This document shows, piece after piece, positions 1 through 14,806 of a DNA stretch of 64,000 nt. Each line of letters opens with the position of its first letter. The stretch's first letter is position 1. Source of the stretch: the human T2T-CHM13v2.0 reference genome, Homo sapiens; NCBI RefSeq assembly GCF_009914755.1, contig NC_060936.1; one strand, given 5' to 3'. A program made the translations under genes and the position numbers. Under the pieces are notes generated by a model, which had not been told where the DNA came from, did not search any database, and saw only the letters and a program-made list of their open reading frames with translations.

Positions 1-768
<768 letters not shown>

Positions 769-879
769 TAACTTCTTGGTTATAAGTTTTGAGTTTGGCT
801 TTTTTTTTTTGTACTAACAAGAAAGGTATTAAAAAAATAGACATGCCACTTTCACAATTAGGCTATAGAAAATAAAAAA

Positions 880-2256
880 GATACATAGACCAATGGAATA
901 GAATAGAAAACCCAGAAATAAAGCAAAATACTTACAGCCAACTGATCTTTGACAAAGCAAACAAAAACATTAAGTGGGGAAAGGCCACCCTATTCAACAT
1001 ATTCAACAAATGATGCTGGGATAATTGGCAAGCCACATGTAAAAGAATAAAGCTGGATCCTCATCTCTCACTTTATACAAAAATCAACTCAAGATGGATC
1101 AAAGATTAAATCTGAGACCTGAAACCATAAAAATTCTAGAAGATAACACTGGAAAAACTCTTCTAGACATTGGCTTAGGCAAAGAGTTCATGACCAAGAA
1201 CCCAAAAGCAAATGCAACAAAACCAAAAATAAGTAAATGGGATCCAATTAAACTAAAAAGCTTCTGCACAGCAAAATAAATAATCAGCAGAGTAAACAGA
1301 CACCCCACAGAGTGGGAGAAAATATTCACAAACTGCATTCGACAAAGGACTAATATCCAGAATCTACAAGGATCTCAAAAAAGCAAGAAAAAAGCCAAAT
1401 AATTCCATCAAAAAGTGGGCTAAGGACATGAATAGACAATTCTCAAAAGAAGATATACAAATGGCATAAGAAAAATTTTTTGATACGCCTCATACATATG
1501 AAAAAATGCTCAACATCACTAATTATCATGGAAATGCAAATTAAAAGCACAATGAGATACCACCTTACTCCTGCAAGAATGACCATAATTTAAAAATCAA
1601 AATTTAATAGATGTTGGCATGGATATGGTGAAAAGGGAACACTTCTACACTGCTGGTGGGAATGTAAACTAGTACAACCACTATGGAAAACAGTATAGAG
1701 ATTCCTTAAAGAACTAAAAGTAGAACTACCATTTGATCCAGCAATACCACTACTGGGTATCTACCCAAAGGAAAAGAAGTCATTATATGACAAAGACACT
1801 TGTACATGCATGTTTATAGCAGCACAATTCACAATTGCAAAATATGGAGCCAACCTAAATGCCCATCAACCAACGAGTGGATACAGGAAATGTGGTATAT
1901 ACACACCATGGAATACTACTCAGCCATTAAAAAGAAAGACATAATGGCCTTTGCGGCAAATTGGATGGAATTAGAGACCACTATTCTAAGTGAAATAACT
2001 CAGGAATGGAAAACCAAATATTGGATGTTCTCACTTATAAGTGAGAGCTAAGCTATGAGGATGCAAAGGAACAAGAGTTATATAATGGATTTTGGGGACT
2101 TGGGGGAAAGGTAGGAAGGGGTGAGGGATAAAAGACTACACATTGGGTACAGTGTACACTGCTCAGGTGACATGTGCACCAACATTTCAGAAATAATCAC
2201 TAAATAACTTTTGCATGTAACTGAACACCACCTGTACCCAAAAATCTATTGAAAAT
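880..2256 (+). mobile_element. 5'-truncated LINE-1 (ORF2 C-terminus plus 3'UTR; L1PB/L1MA-like)
   Basis: ORF2 remnants ([29 protein letters not shown]; IHTMEYYSAIKK); 3' end cacctgtacccaaaaatctattgaaaa. Confidence 0.9.
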
Positions 2257-2789
2257 TCTTAAAAGGTGTTAATATTTGATAAATCCACTGGAACTTGTCC
2301 TATGGTACATATTTTGGTCAATGTGAACTTGTGCTTAAACTTTTTGTAATAGTTATTTTCATGTATGTTTTCCTCTTTTTCCTCTAACCACTTTAGACTC
2401 TTCTTAAAAGATAGAGAGCATGCATCTTTTGCTTTTGCTGATCCCCACAGCTTCTGAATACGTGTTGTGTTTATCAGCAATTAACAAATACTGCCTAATT
2501 TTATTGTGTGCCTTCATCTGTGTTCATGTGGCATCTTGAAGCACATTTCTCTCTCTATGATACTGATAGTAATGAATTGTGTGACTGTCTCAACTTCAGA
2601 TGAGGCTGTGGGTTCCTTGAAGCCAATTATCTTACTTATTTCTGTGTTTACAGCGTTGATCATTATTCCTGAAATGGACAAGTACTCAATAAAAGGCACT
2701 GAATGATATGTCATCATAATACCTGGACCTGATTGACAGGTAAGACATACCTTTTGCTCACAGGCCTGAACACTTTCCTTTTGACTGTG

Positions 2790-3045
2790 GTTCAAGCACA
2801 CAGCATACTGTGGAGAGCTCAGCGTTCATCTAAAGCCAGAGTGCTGTAGTTTCAGTCCTGGTTCTGCTACTTTACAGCTCTATGGCCTGAGCAAGCTACT
2901 TAATGTCTCTATTTGTTTTTCCCTAAGTTGCAATGTGGGATAATAATGTCTACGTCACAGGGTTGTTCTGAGGGAACGAGTCAATGCATGTTAATTGTAT
3001 TGCAGTACTGCGCATGTGGTAAGCTCTCAGTGGATGCTATTATCA
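2790..3045 (+). mobile_element. MIR SINE
   Basis: MIR core-like text (gagcaagctacttaatgtctct...tgggataataatgtctacgtcacagggttgttctgagg). Confidence 0.7.
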
Positions 3046-3053
3046 GAAGTCTC

Positions 3054-3202
3054 CCTCCTTTTAGTAAGTTAAACTACAGAATGAAAGGCCTTGACTGGCA
3101 AAATAGCACTGTGAGATACAAACCCATGTTTTCTGTGTGAAATCTGTTATTCTGTTACCATGCTCCATTGCCTGTCTTTAAGTTTTTGAGAAAATGTAAG
3201 TT
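3054..3202 (+). repeat. Copy 1 of a ~150-bp dispersed direct duplication (partner at 55802-55950)
   Basis: Ungapped hand alignment gives 22 mismatches in 149 bp. Confidence 0.9.
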
Positions 3203-4715
3203 TCAAGTTTATTTCTCTAGATGTAAGTAAAACATAACAACTTTATTGCAGGTGAGAACAGGGAAAGTTACCTGGCTTAGAAAGCTCTCATGAGAAACAC
3301 AAAGCATGTGTTCAAGCTGACTTTCACTTATTTCTTGCTATTAAAATTCTGAATTAAGAGAAGTCCTTTTACTTATATATTTGACATGAAGCCAATCTGG
3401 AATTTTAAAATAGCATTTATCTTGCTGAAGCCTCTTTTCTCTGTTATCCTTAAAGTGAAGTTTATCAACAGAATCCTCTAATATAAACCATGTGGCTACA
3501 GCTATACCTTCCCGACATTTAGGGGACTGCAGAACCTGAGGCCAACAGCATTTCTGCCCTGAAGGTACATGCTTAATGTGTATAGTGCTGTTATTTACCT
3601 TGGTGGTGTTTTAAAGATGGAGTCAATTTTTCATTTGGGAAAAGAACAAAAAAGGGAAAGGATAATACACTGCCATTGAAGTTCAGCACAAAAGACCATG
3701 GGGAGAGCATTTTAATAATTCTGAGAGTGCCTATGGCGAGGTCTCTTTCAGATTCACTGAGAATGTTCCAGGCTTATCTCTACTTAGAATGAGCATGAAG
3801 CCATTGCATAAAACCTCCTGTCAAATGTGCTGCTGGCTGGCTTTGAAAATGACATTACTAAAACATAACTGCAGCCTTTAATATCTCTGGGGCTATATAT
3901 GTGCATATTTAAAAATCTAATCCATTAAAACAGGCAAAATATTGTTTATAATTTTTGTGAAATGTGAAAAACCGAATTTGAGTTGTTAGAAACGACCGAT
4001 TACAGAGCATTATGAAGCATGTTTAATTTTAGCATTATCTTTCTATCATCTCATTTTGTAATTTTCTACTAGATACAACAAACATTTATCACATACTTCT
4101 TGGTATAAGCAAACAAATAAAAAAGTACCGTTATCATCTCTGTCAATAATACAGTCAAAGGCAAAATATGTCTCATCACAGTTACTCAAAAAAAATCCAT
4201 GCCAAATTTGCTATATTCAGTGACTCCTTGTCTTTTTATTGTGATTATCTGTTTATCCATTTTTTTAATAGTCCAACACACTGCCAAACTACTAAAGTAA
4301 ACCACCACTATATGTGTTTTTCAAATGTTCTAGAATTGTGGTGCTTAAGAGAGCCACAGAGAGAACATTCTGAAAGACAACTATATGGATTAGAAAGACT
4401 TCATTGGATGGTGTGACTGAGGGTGCCACCCAGTGAAAAATATCAACAATATTACTTATCTTGTTAATTATTAGTATGCTCTAAAATTTCTCTTTTGTAG
4501 TAATTTTTTTTTTTAAATGTTGGATATTTAAAAAAAATCTCTGGTGAGATCCACTGAGAAAGCCTGTTTGTGATATCTGGTGGCACAAAAGGCAGGCCGG
4601 TTTATCACCTACTCCTTACTCCCATTTCCAGTGCATCTTTGTGAACGGGAGGTGATACAGACAACATTTCATTGCATTGTATCTTCAGCATGTACATATT
4701 ACACATAGATACTTA

Positions 4716-4934
<219 letters not shown>

Positions 4935-4971
4935 TTAAGTTTTCTGTAGATTACCAGAGGTTGATGAAGAT

Positions 4972-5718
<747 letters not shown>

Positions 5719-5943
5719 ATGCAATGCAATGTTGGATTTAATTAGGTTATTAACATTTTTTCCATCTGTGTTTATAAATAAAATGGATTTCCCTTTTCCT
5801 TTTCTTGTACTACCCTTTTCACTTTTAGAATCAAGGTTATACTAACATCATTAAGTTAGTTGGGTAGTATTTAATCTTTTTCTATCTCCTTTAGCTATTT
5901 GTGTAATACAAGTAATCTCTTCTTTTGGTAGAATTTAGCCATA

Positions 5944-6625
5944 CAGATTGAATATCCCTTCACTGAAATGCTTGAGACCAGAAGTGTTTTGGTTTTTTTC
6001 AGATTTTGGAATATTTGCAAATATATAATGAAATATCTTGGGGATGAGAACCAAGTCTAAATATGAAATTCATTTATCTTTCATATGCACCTTACGCTCA
6101 TAGCCTAGAGGTCATTTTATCCAATATTTGTAATAATTCTGTGCATGAAATAGTTTATATACGAGGAGCCACTGGAAAGCAAAGGTGTCACTAACTCAGC
6201 CACCCATGTGGACAATCTGTGGTTGTTTGGCATCACCATTATTCCTGACTCTGAATTCATGTACTACTGATAAGCAATCATTTTCTTACACTTACACATG
6301 TACTTAACAGTTAAAAATATGATATGCCATTAATACAGTTAAAAAAAATAATGTGTTCAGGTAACTAAGAAGCACAGTAGCATCACCAGAATACCTGTCT
6401 CAGCTGTTAGACAGCAACAGACAACGGCAGGCTTTCCGTCTCTACCATGCTGTGTTTTGATGGAAAGGTAACTGTCCACTGTATTTTTTGTTTTCAGGTG
6501 AGAAGAAACATGAAAAGCAATTGAGGGACCAGGAACTGGGTCCTTTAGGGATGAGGAGGCATTCTGTTGGATGGTTTTGCAAAATGTTGCCTCTAGAGTC
6601 ATCTGCCTCATTAACAATGGCTTTT
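5944..6625 (-). mobile_element. Tigger4/Zombi-type (TcMar-Tigger) DNA transposon, left part
   Basis: TA followed by TIR cagattgaatatccctt...gaaatgcttgagaccagaagtgtttt...gattttggaatatttgc; the element continues after the L1 at ~12363. Confidence 0.8.
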
Positions 6626-9600
6626 TTTCCTTCAACTTTTAAGCTCAGGGGTACATGTGTAGGATGTGTAGGTTTGTTAGACAGGTTAATGTGTACCATG
6701 GTGGTTTGCTGCACAGATCATCCAATCACCTAGGTATTAAGCCCAGCGCCCATTAGCTATTCTTCCAGTGATGCTCTCCCTCATCCCCCAACAGGCCCCA
6801 GTGTGTGTAGTTCCCCACCAAGTATCCATGTGTTCCCATTGTTCAGCTCCCACTTATAAGTGAGGCCACGTGGTACTTGGCTTTCTGTTCCTACATTAGT
6901 TTGCCAAGGATAACAGCCTCCAGCTCCATCCATGTCCCTGCAAAGGACATGATCTCGTTCCTTTTTATGGCTGCACAGTATTCCATGGTGTGTATGTATG
7001 ACATTTTCTTTATTCAATCTATCACTGGTGGGCATTTGGGTTGATTCCATGTCTTTGCTATTGTGAATAGTGCTGCAATGAACAAACACATGCATGTATC
7101 TTTATAAGAGGACGATTTATATTCCTTTGGGTATATACCCAATAATGGGATTGCTGGGTCAAATGGTATTTCTGCCTCTAGATCTTTGAGAAAGCACCAC
7201 ACTGTTCTCCACAATGGTTGAACTAATTTGCACTCCCACCAATGGTGGAAAAGCATTCTTTTTTCTCTGCAACCTTGCCAGCATCTGTTGTTTTTTTGAC
7301 TTTTTAATAATCACCATTCTGACTGGCATGAGATGGTATCTCACTGTGGTTTTGATTTGCATTTTTCTAATGATCAGTGATGTTGAGCTTTTTTTCACGT
7401 TTGTTAACCACATGTACGTCTTCTTTTGAGAAGAGTCTGTTCATGTCCTTTGTCCACTTTTTAATGGGGTTGTTTTTTTTTTTGTCTTGTAAATTTGTTT
7501 AGGTTCCTTATAGACTCTGGAATTAGACCTTTGTCAGGAAGATAGATTGTAAACATTTTCTCCCATTTTGTAGGTTGTCTGTTCACTCTGATGATAGTTT
7601 CTTTTGCTGTGCAGAAGCTCTTTAGTTTGATTGCATCCCATTTGTCAATTTTTGCTTTCATTGCTATTGCTTTTGGTGTTTTTGTCATGAAATCTTTGCC
7701 AGTGCCTATGTCCTGAATGGTATTGCCTAGATTTTCTTCTAGGGTTTTTATAGTTTTGGGTTTTACATTTAAGTCTTTAATCCATCTCGAGTTAATTTTT
7801 GTATAAGGTACAAAGAAGGGGTCCAGTTTCAATTTTCTGCATATGACTAGCCAGTTCTCCCAGCACCGTTTATTAAATAGGGAATCCTTTCCCCATTGCT
7901 TGCTTTTGTCAGGTTTGTTGAAGATCAGATTGTTGTAGGTGTGCAGTCTTAATTTCTGAGTTCTCCATTCAATTCCATTGGTCTATGTGTCTGCTTTTTG
8001 TACCAGTGCCATGCTGTTTTGGTTATGGTAGCCCTGTAACACAGTTTGAAGTCAGGTAGCATGATGCCTCTAGCTTTGATCTTTTTGCTTAGGACTGTCT
8101 TGGCTATTCGGCTCTTTTTCAATTCCATATGAATTTTAAAATAGTTTTTTCCAATTCTGTGAAGAATGTCAATGGTAGTCTAACGGGGATAGCATTGAAT
8201 CTATAAATTACTTTGGGCAGTAGTTTATTGAGAGCTTTTACCATGAAGCGATGTCGAATTTTATCAAAGGCCTTTTCTGCATCTATTGAGATCATGTGGT
8301 TTTTGTCTGTAGTTCTGTTTATGTGATGAATCACGTTTATTGATTTGCGAATGTTGAACCAACCTTGCATCCTGGGGATGAAACCCACTTGATGGTGGTG
8401 GATAAGCTTTTTGATATGCTGCTAGATTCAGTCTGCCAGTATTTTACTAAGGATTTTTGTATCTATGTTCACCATGGATATTGGCCTGAAGTTTTCTTTT
8501 TTTGTTGTATCTCTGCCAGGTTTTGGTATCAGGATGATGCTGGTCTCACACAATCAGTTAGGGAGGAGTCCCTCTTTTTCAATTTTTTGGAACAGTTTCA
8601 GTAGAAATGGTACCTACCCGCTCTTTGTACCTCTGGCAGAATTCAGCTGTAAATCTGTCTGGTCCTGGGTTTTTTGTGGTTGGTAGGCTATTTACTACTA
8701 CCTCAATTTTAGAACTCATTATTGGTCTACTAAGGGATTCGATTTCTTCTTGGTTCAGTCTTGGGAAGGTGTATGCGTCCAGGAGTTTATCCATGTTTTT
8801 CTAGATTTTCTAGTTTATGTGCATAGAGGTATTCATAGTATTCTCTGATGGTTGTATGTATTTCTGTGGGGTCAGTGGTGATATCCCACTTATCATTTCT
8901 GATTGTGTTATTTGATTCTTCTCTCTTTTCTATTAGTCTAGCTAGTAGATCATCTTATTAATTTTTTTCAAAAAAACAGCTCCTGAATTTGTTGATTTTT
9001 TGAAGGGTTTGTGTGTGTGTGTGTGTGTCTGTATCTCCTTCAGTTCCACTCTGATCTTGGCTATTTCTTGCCTTGGGGTTTGTTTGGTCTGGTTTTCTAG
9101 TTCTTTTAGTTGTGATGTTAGGTTGATACCTTGAGATCTTTCTAGCTTATTGATCTGGGCATTTAGTGCTACAAATTTCCCTCTTAACACTGCTTTAGCT
9201 GTGTCCCAGAGATTCTGGTACACTGTCTCTTTGTTCTCATTAATTTCATACAACTTCTTGACTTCTGCCTTAATTTCGTTATTTATCCACAAGTAATTCA
9301 GGAGCAGGCTGTTCAATTTCTATGTACTTGGGTGGTTTTGAGTGAATTTCTTAATCTTGAGTTCTAATTTGGTTGCACCGTTGTCTGAGAGATGGTTTCT
9401 TATGATTTCGGTTCTTTTGCATTTGCTAAGGAGTGTTTTACTTCTGATTATGTGAACAAGTTTTGAGTAAGTGCTGTAGGGTGAGAAGAAGAATGAATAT
9501 TCTGTTGTTTTTTGGTGGAGAGTTCTGTAGATATCTATCAGGTCCGCTTGATCCAGAGCTGAGTTAACTCTTCTTGTTGAATTGAACCCTTTACCATTAT

Positions 9601-12349
9601 ATAATGCCCTTCTTTGTCTTTTTTTGATCTTTGCTGGTGTAAAGTCTGTTTTGTCAGAACTAGGATTGCAACCCTTGCTTTTTTCTGTTTTCCATTTGCT
9701 TGGTAAATTTTCCTCCATCTCTTTATTTTGAGCCTAAGTGTGTCTTTGCATGTGAGATGGGTCTCTTGAAGACAGCACACCAATGGGGGTTGGCTCTTTA
9801 TCCAGTTTGCCATTTTGTGTCTTTCAATTGGTGCATTTAGCCCATTTACATTTAAGGCTAGTATTGTTATGTGTGAATTTGATTCTGTCATCATGATGCT
9901 AACTGGTTATTTTGCAGACTTGTTTATGTGGTTGCTTCATACTGTCACTGGTCTGTGTACTTCAGTGTGTTTTCATAGTGGCTGGTAATGGTTTTTCCTT
10001 TCCACATTTAGTGCTTCCTTCAGGAGCTTTTGCATGGTAGGCCTGGTATTGATGAATTCCCTCAACATTTGCTTGTCTGAAAAGGATCTTATTTCTCTTT
10101 TGTTTATGAAGGTTAGTTTGGCTGAAAATGAAATTCTGGGTTGGAAATTCTTTTCTTTAAGAATTTTAAATATTGGCCCCCAATCTCTTCTGGCTTGTAG
10201 GGTTTCTGCTGAGAAGTCTGCTGTTAGTCTCATGGGCTTACCTTTGTAGGTGACCTGGCCTTTCTCTCTGGCTGCCCTTAACACTTATTCTTTCATTTTG
10301 ACCTGGAATCTGATAAGTATGTGTCTTGGATAATCTTCTCATGGAGTATCCTACTGGGGTTCTCTCCATTTCCTGAATTTGAATGTTGGCCTGTCTTGAT
10401 AGGTTGGGGTAATTCTACTGGATGATATACTAAAGTATGTTTTCCAACTTGGTTCTGTTCTCCCTGTCTCCTTCAGGTACCCCAGTCAGTTGCAGGTTCC
10501 ATCTCTTTACATAATCCCACATTTCTTGGAGGTTTTGTTCATTCCTTTTCATTCTTTTTTCTCTATTCTTGTCTGCCTGTCTTATTTCAGAAAGATAGTC
10601 TTCAAGGTCTGAGATCCTTTCCTCCACTTGGTCTCTTCTGCTGTTGATACTTGTGATTGCACTGTGAAGTTCTCATGTTATATTTTTCAGCTCCATCAAG
10701 TCAGTTATGTTCCTCTCTAAACTGGCTATTCTGGTTATCAGCTCCTGTATTGTTTTATCATGATTCTTAGCTTCTTTGCATTGGGTTACGACATGCTCCT
10801 TTATCTCAGCGAAGTTTGTTATTTCCCACCTTCTGAAGCCTACTTCTGTCAACTCAGCCATCTCAGCCTCATCGCAGTTCCGAGGCCTTGCTGGAGAGGT
10901 GTTGCATTCACCTGGAGAAGAGGCACTCTGTCTTTTTGAGTTTCAGCGTTTTTGCATTGATTCTTTCTCATCTTTGTGGGCTTATCTACCTTCGACCTTT
11001 GAGGCTGCTGACTTCTGAAAAGGTTTCTGTGGGGTCTTTTTTGTTGATGTTGTTGTTGTTTTTTTCTTTTCACGGTCAGGCTACTGACTCTTAGCAACCA
11101 CAGGGCTGCTGTGGTTTGTTGGGGGTCTGCTCCAGACCTTAGTTGCCTCTGCTTTTCCTGTACTTGGAGGTATCAACAGTGAAGGCTGTGAAGCAGCAAA
11201 GATGGCAGCCTGCTCCTTCCTCTGGACACTCCATCCCAGGGTGGGTACTGACCTGCTGCTGGCCCAAATGCTCGTTTCAGAGGTTTCTGGAGACCCTTAT
11301 TGAAAGGTCTCACCCAGTCAGGAGGAACAGAATTAGGGACCCGCTTAAAGAAGCAGTCTGGCTGTAGAGCAGGTGTGCTCTGTTGGGGAGGACCCTTCCT
11401 CATCTGGACTGCCCAGACTCTCTAGAGTAGGCAAGCTGGAACAGCTCAGTTGACTGAACCACAGAGATGGCAGCCTCCCCTCCTTCTGGGAGCTGCATCC
11501 CAGGGAGAGATCAGAGCTCTCTGTCCATATAAGCCCAGCTGGAGTGATTGAAGGCCCCCCACAGGGAGGCCCTGCCCAGTGAGGAGGAATGGATCAGGGT
11601 CCCACTTTAAAGCAGTTTGGGCACAATCTGGCACAGCAGCTGTGCTGTGTTGGGGGTATCCCTTCCTCATCTGGACCACCCAGACTCTCTGGAGCTGGCA
11701 GGCTGGAATGTGCAGTTGACCAAACCACAGAAATGGTAGCCACCCCTCCCACAGGGAACTCCATCCTGTTTCAGGCAGACTCATTGTGTTGCCATTGGCT
11801 GGCTGGAATTCCAAGACAGTGGGACTTAACTTGTGAGGTGCTGTGGAAGTGGGGCCTGCAGAACAATGCTGCTTGGCTCCCTGGATTCAGCCCCCTTCCT
11901 AGGGGAATGTACAAAGGGATCTGTCACCTTGCTGGAAATTCCGGGGCCGGAGTATGTAAAACTCTTGTCTCTGTGTGTACCTGTGCTGAGACTCCGCACA
12001 GCTCTGTTTATTGGACCCAAGGCCCTGGTAGCGTGGGCTCATGAGGGGATCTCCTGATCCACAAGTTGCAAAGATCTGTGGGGAAGCATGGTCCTGGGCG
12101 GGTCGCACAATCGGTCACTGCTTCCCTTTGCTGGGGGTGGGGGTTCCTTTGGCTCCGTGAGGCTCCTGGGTGGGCCACTGACCCACTCTGCTTTTCTTTA
12201 TTCTCTCTGGATCAGGGTGATTGTTTAGTCAGTCCCAATGCGAGAACCTGGATATTTCAGTTGAAGGTGCTGAATTCACTTGATGCTTTCATTCCTCTCT
12301 GTGCTGTGGACTGCAGCTGCTTCTAATGGGCCCTCTTGGCCCCCATCTC
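6626..12349 (-). mobile_element. Near full-length LINE-1 (older L1PA, roughly PA8-PA13 class) with 5'UTR, ORF1, ORF2 and 3'UTR; internally deleted and inactive
   Basis: ORF1 remnants (LRAAREKGQVTYKGKPMRLTADFSAETLQARRDW); ORF2 endonuclease start (MTESNSHITILALNVNGLNAPI...CCLQETHL); RT fragment ([23 protein letters not shown]); TSD aacaatggctttt (6613-6625) / aacaatagctctt (12350-12362). Confidence 0.95.
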
Positions 12350-12362
12350 AACAATAGCTCTT

Positions 12363-14308
12363 ATTTTAGCAGTCTCTCTTTGATTTTATAAATAGACATG
12401 AGTTGTTCTGTTATGAATGCCTGCTGCTCTAGTTCTTCAATAAGCCCATCACACAATTTTACCCTGTCATCTACAGGCACTTTTTCTGCAGTGTTAACAA
12501 TATCACTATTACCACAATTACCTTATTCAGAATCATTTTGGCCATTTCACCATTGGTCAATGAATGAACAAGTAGAGCCTTGTTATCAATGTTAGAAACT
12601 TCTTTAGTATTCACTTCTTCCAGCTAACTGACAGATTGTGAAGGTCTATTTTTTTGCAAAGGTAAGGAGTTCAGCCATCATTTTTTTTCTCACTTGACAT
12701 ATATAATCCTTCAAAGTCACCATCTGGTGACTTCATTACCAGTCGACATAGTTGTAGGCCAGAGTTGTGCCAGTCATGCACACCTGTTTCAAGCAATGGC
12801 AACAGCATATAGAGCATCCTCAGGCTAAACTCCTTTTGAACACTTTCTCACACCCACACCTCTGCACATTGCTGGTAGCTAGCATGCTATTTAAGAAAAG
12901 TGTTTTTTTAATCTACTCTTTATTGATCTAAGGATACTCTGGTCACATGGCTAAATTGATGAAGTCACATTTAGGGGAAAGTACATAGAATAAACATTTT
13001 TTAAATGAGAATTTCAGCTGGGAGATGAGCAGAACAGTTGTCATGTAATAACAAAATCTTTGCAGTCATCATCCAATTGAGTCTCCCTGCAGCAAGCATG
13101 AGCCACTTGGTACCAAATGTTTGTGAAACCAATCAAAAAAGATGTCCCTGGTGCTCCAGGTCTTTTTGTTAGCATAATAACAGACTGGTAAGAAATTCAC
13201 TCCTTGAAAACAGTGAGGACACAAGTTTTTATCTATCACCCCACTTATGTATGCCTGATGCATTAGCATATCCCAGCATATTCTGTTCTTGGCAGCCTTA
13301 ATTCTAGTAGGTGCTGTCTCATCAGCTGTAGTCAGTGTCTTTCTGAGGCAATGATGCCAAAACAGTGATGTTTCATCAGCATTATAGACTTGTTTTGGCT
13401 TCAGATTTTCATTAGCCATGACTCTGGCAAACTCAATGAATTTCTTCACTGCTTTGTGATCAGCAGATGCTTTATCATCACAAATCTTTAAAAATGTAAT
13501 GCTGTGTCTTTTCTTAAATTTCTGCAACCAGACTATTGATTATTCACAGTTCCTTTTAATTTTCAGTTCATCATTGACCTTTGTTTCATGGTCAGCATAC
13601 CACTATGTGCCATGTGTTCACTGTGACGTGGACAGATCCGCACTTTCAATACATGATCAAAATCTTCACGTTTGGCTTTATGCAGTTTTCTAATCTTCAC
13701 TAACTTCTGTGAATCAGTTTCAGCACAGAACTTCAGCGGTGTATCCTTCTGTTTCTTCAGGTCATATATGGATGTTTCATATACTCCTGTCCAGTTTCTC
13801 CAACAGCTTGGCTTTCTGTGCTAGAGGTAAACATAAATGCTTCCTCTTTTTATCAGTTACCCTGAGGGGTATCTGCAGGCCATTTTGTCATTTTCAACAA
13901 TATCTTTACACCACACAGCAAAGAGAGTAAGCAACCAAACACAGTTGAGTCATGCATGCAGGTCTTGGCTCCATGTGGGGCATTGTGGGAAACCTGCCAT
14001 CAGCATGCCTGGCCTGCACATATGCCATTTTACTATCCTTTGTGTGTGTGCTTGCTTGCGTGGGGGAAACTGGGTGTATGTGGAAAAGATATATGGCAGC
14101 TGAAGGGAGCTGGGAGGGTTTTTTTTTTTTTTTTTCTGCTTGAGGATGCTGAGTAAACTGTGTATTGTGTGCCTGCGTTTTGACTGTGACTCGTCACATA
14201 AGGTCAAGTATAACATTTTCAACGCATGGTGTCATGCTGGTGCTAAAAAGGTTTTGGATTTCGGAGCATTTCAGATTTTGAAAATTTGGATTAGGGATGC
14301 TCAACCTA
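12363..14308 (-). mobile_element. Tigger4/Zombi-type DNA transposon, right part, with decayed pogo-family transposase
   Basis: ORF 13069..13527(-) contains QKFKKRHSI (end of CENP-B-type HTH) and VYNADETSLFW (first DDE aspartate motif); terminal TIR ggattagggatgctcaacct. Confidence 0.85.
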
Positions 14309-14494
14309 CATTGCTGTATATCTGCCACTCACTTCCACGGTAACATGGAATCTGTGTTCACCCAGAAAGCTAACTGAGCTGAGAAAAAATCTTAAAGGGA
14401 GATGTCTTTCATTATTTCAGTTTATTTACTGGTTGATGATTAGTCATCTTTTCTGTTTCTTCTTGTTCAAGTTTTGGCAATTTACACACACTAA

Positions 14495-14806
<312 letters not shown>

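Noticed and set aside
6781-10861. L1 ORF1/ORF2 fragments as active coding regions
   Set aside because: Broken by many stops and frameshifts, and the RT core is deleted.
13069-13527. Transposase ORF as a domesticated TIGD/JRK-like gene
   Set aside because: Only a 152-aa frameshifted fragment inside TIR-bounded decayed transposon sequence.
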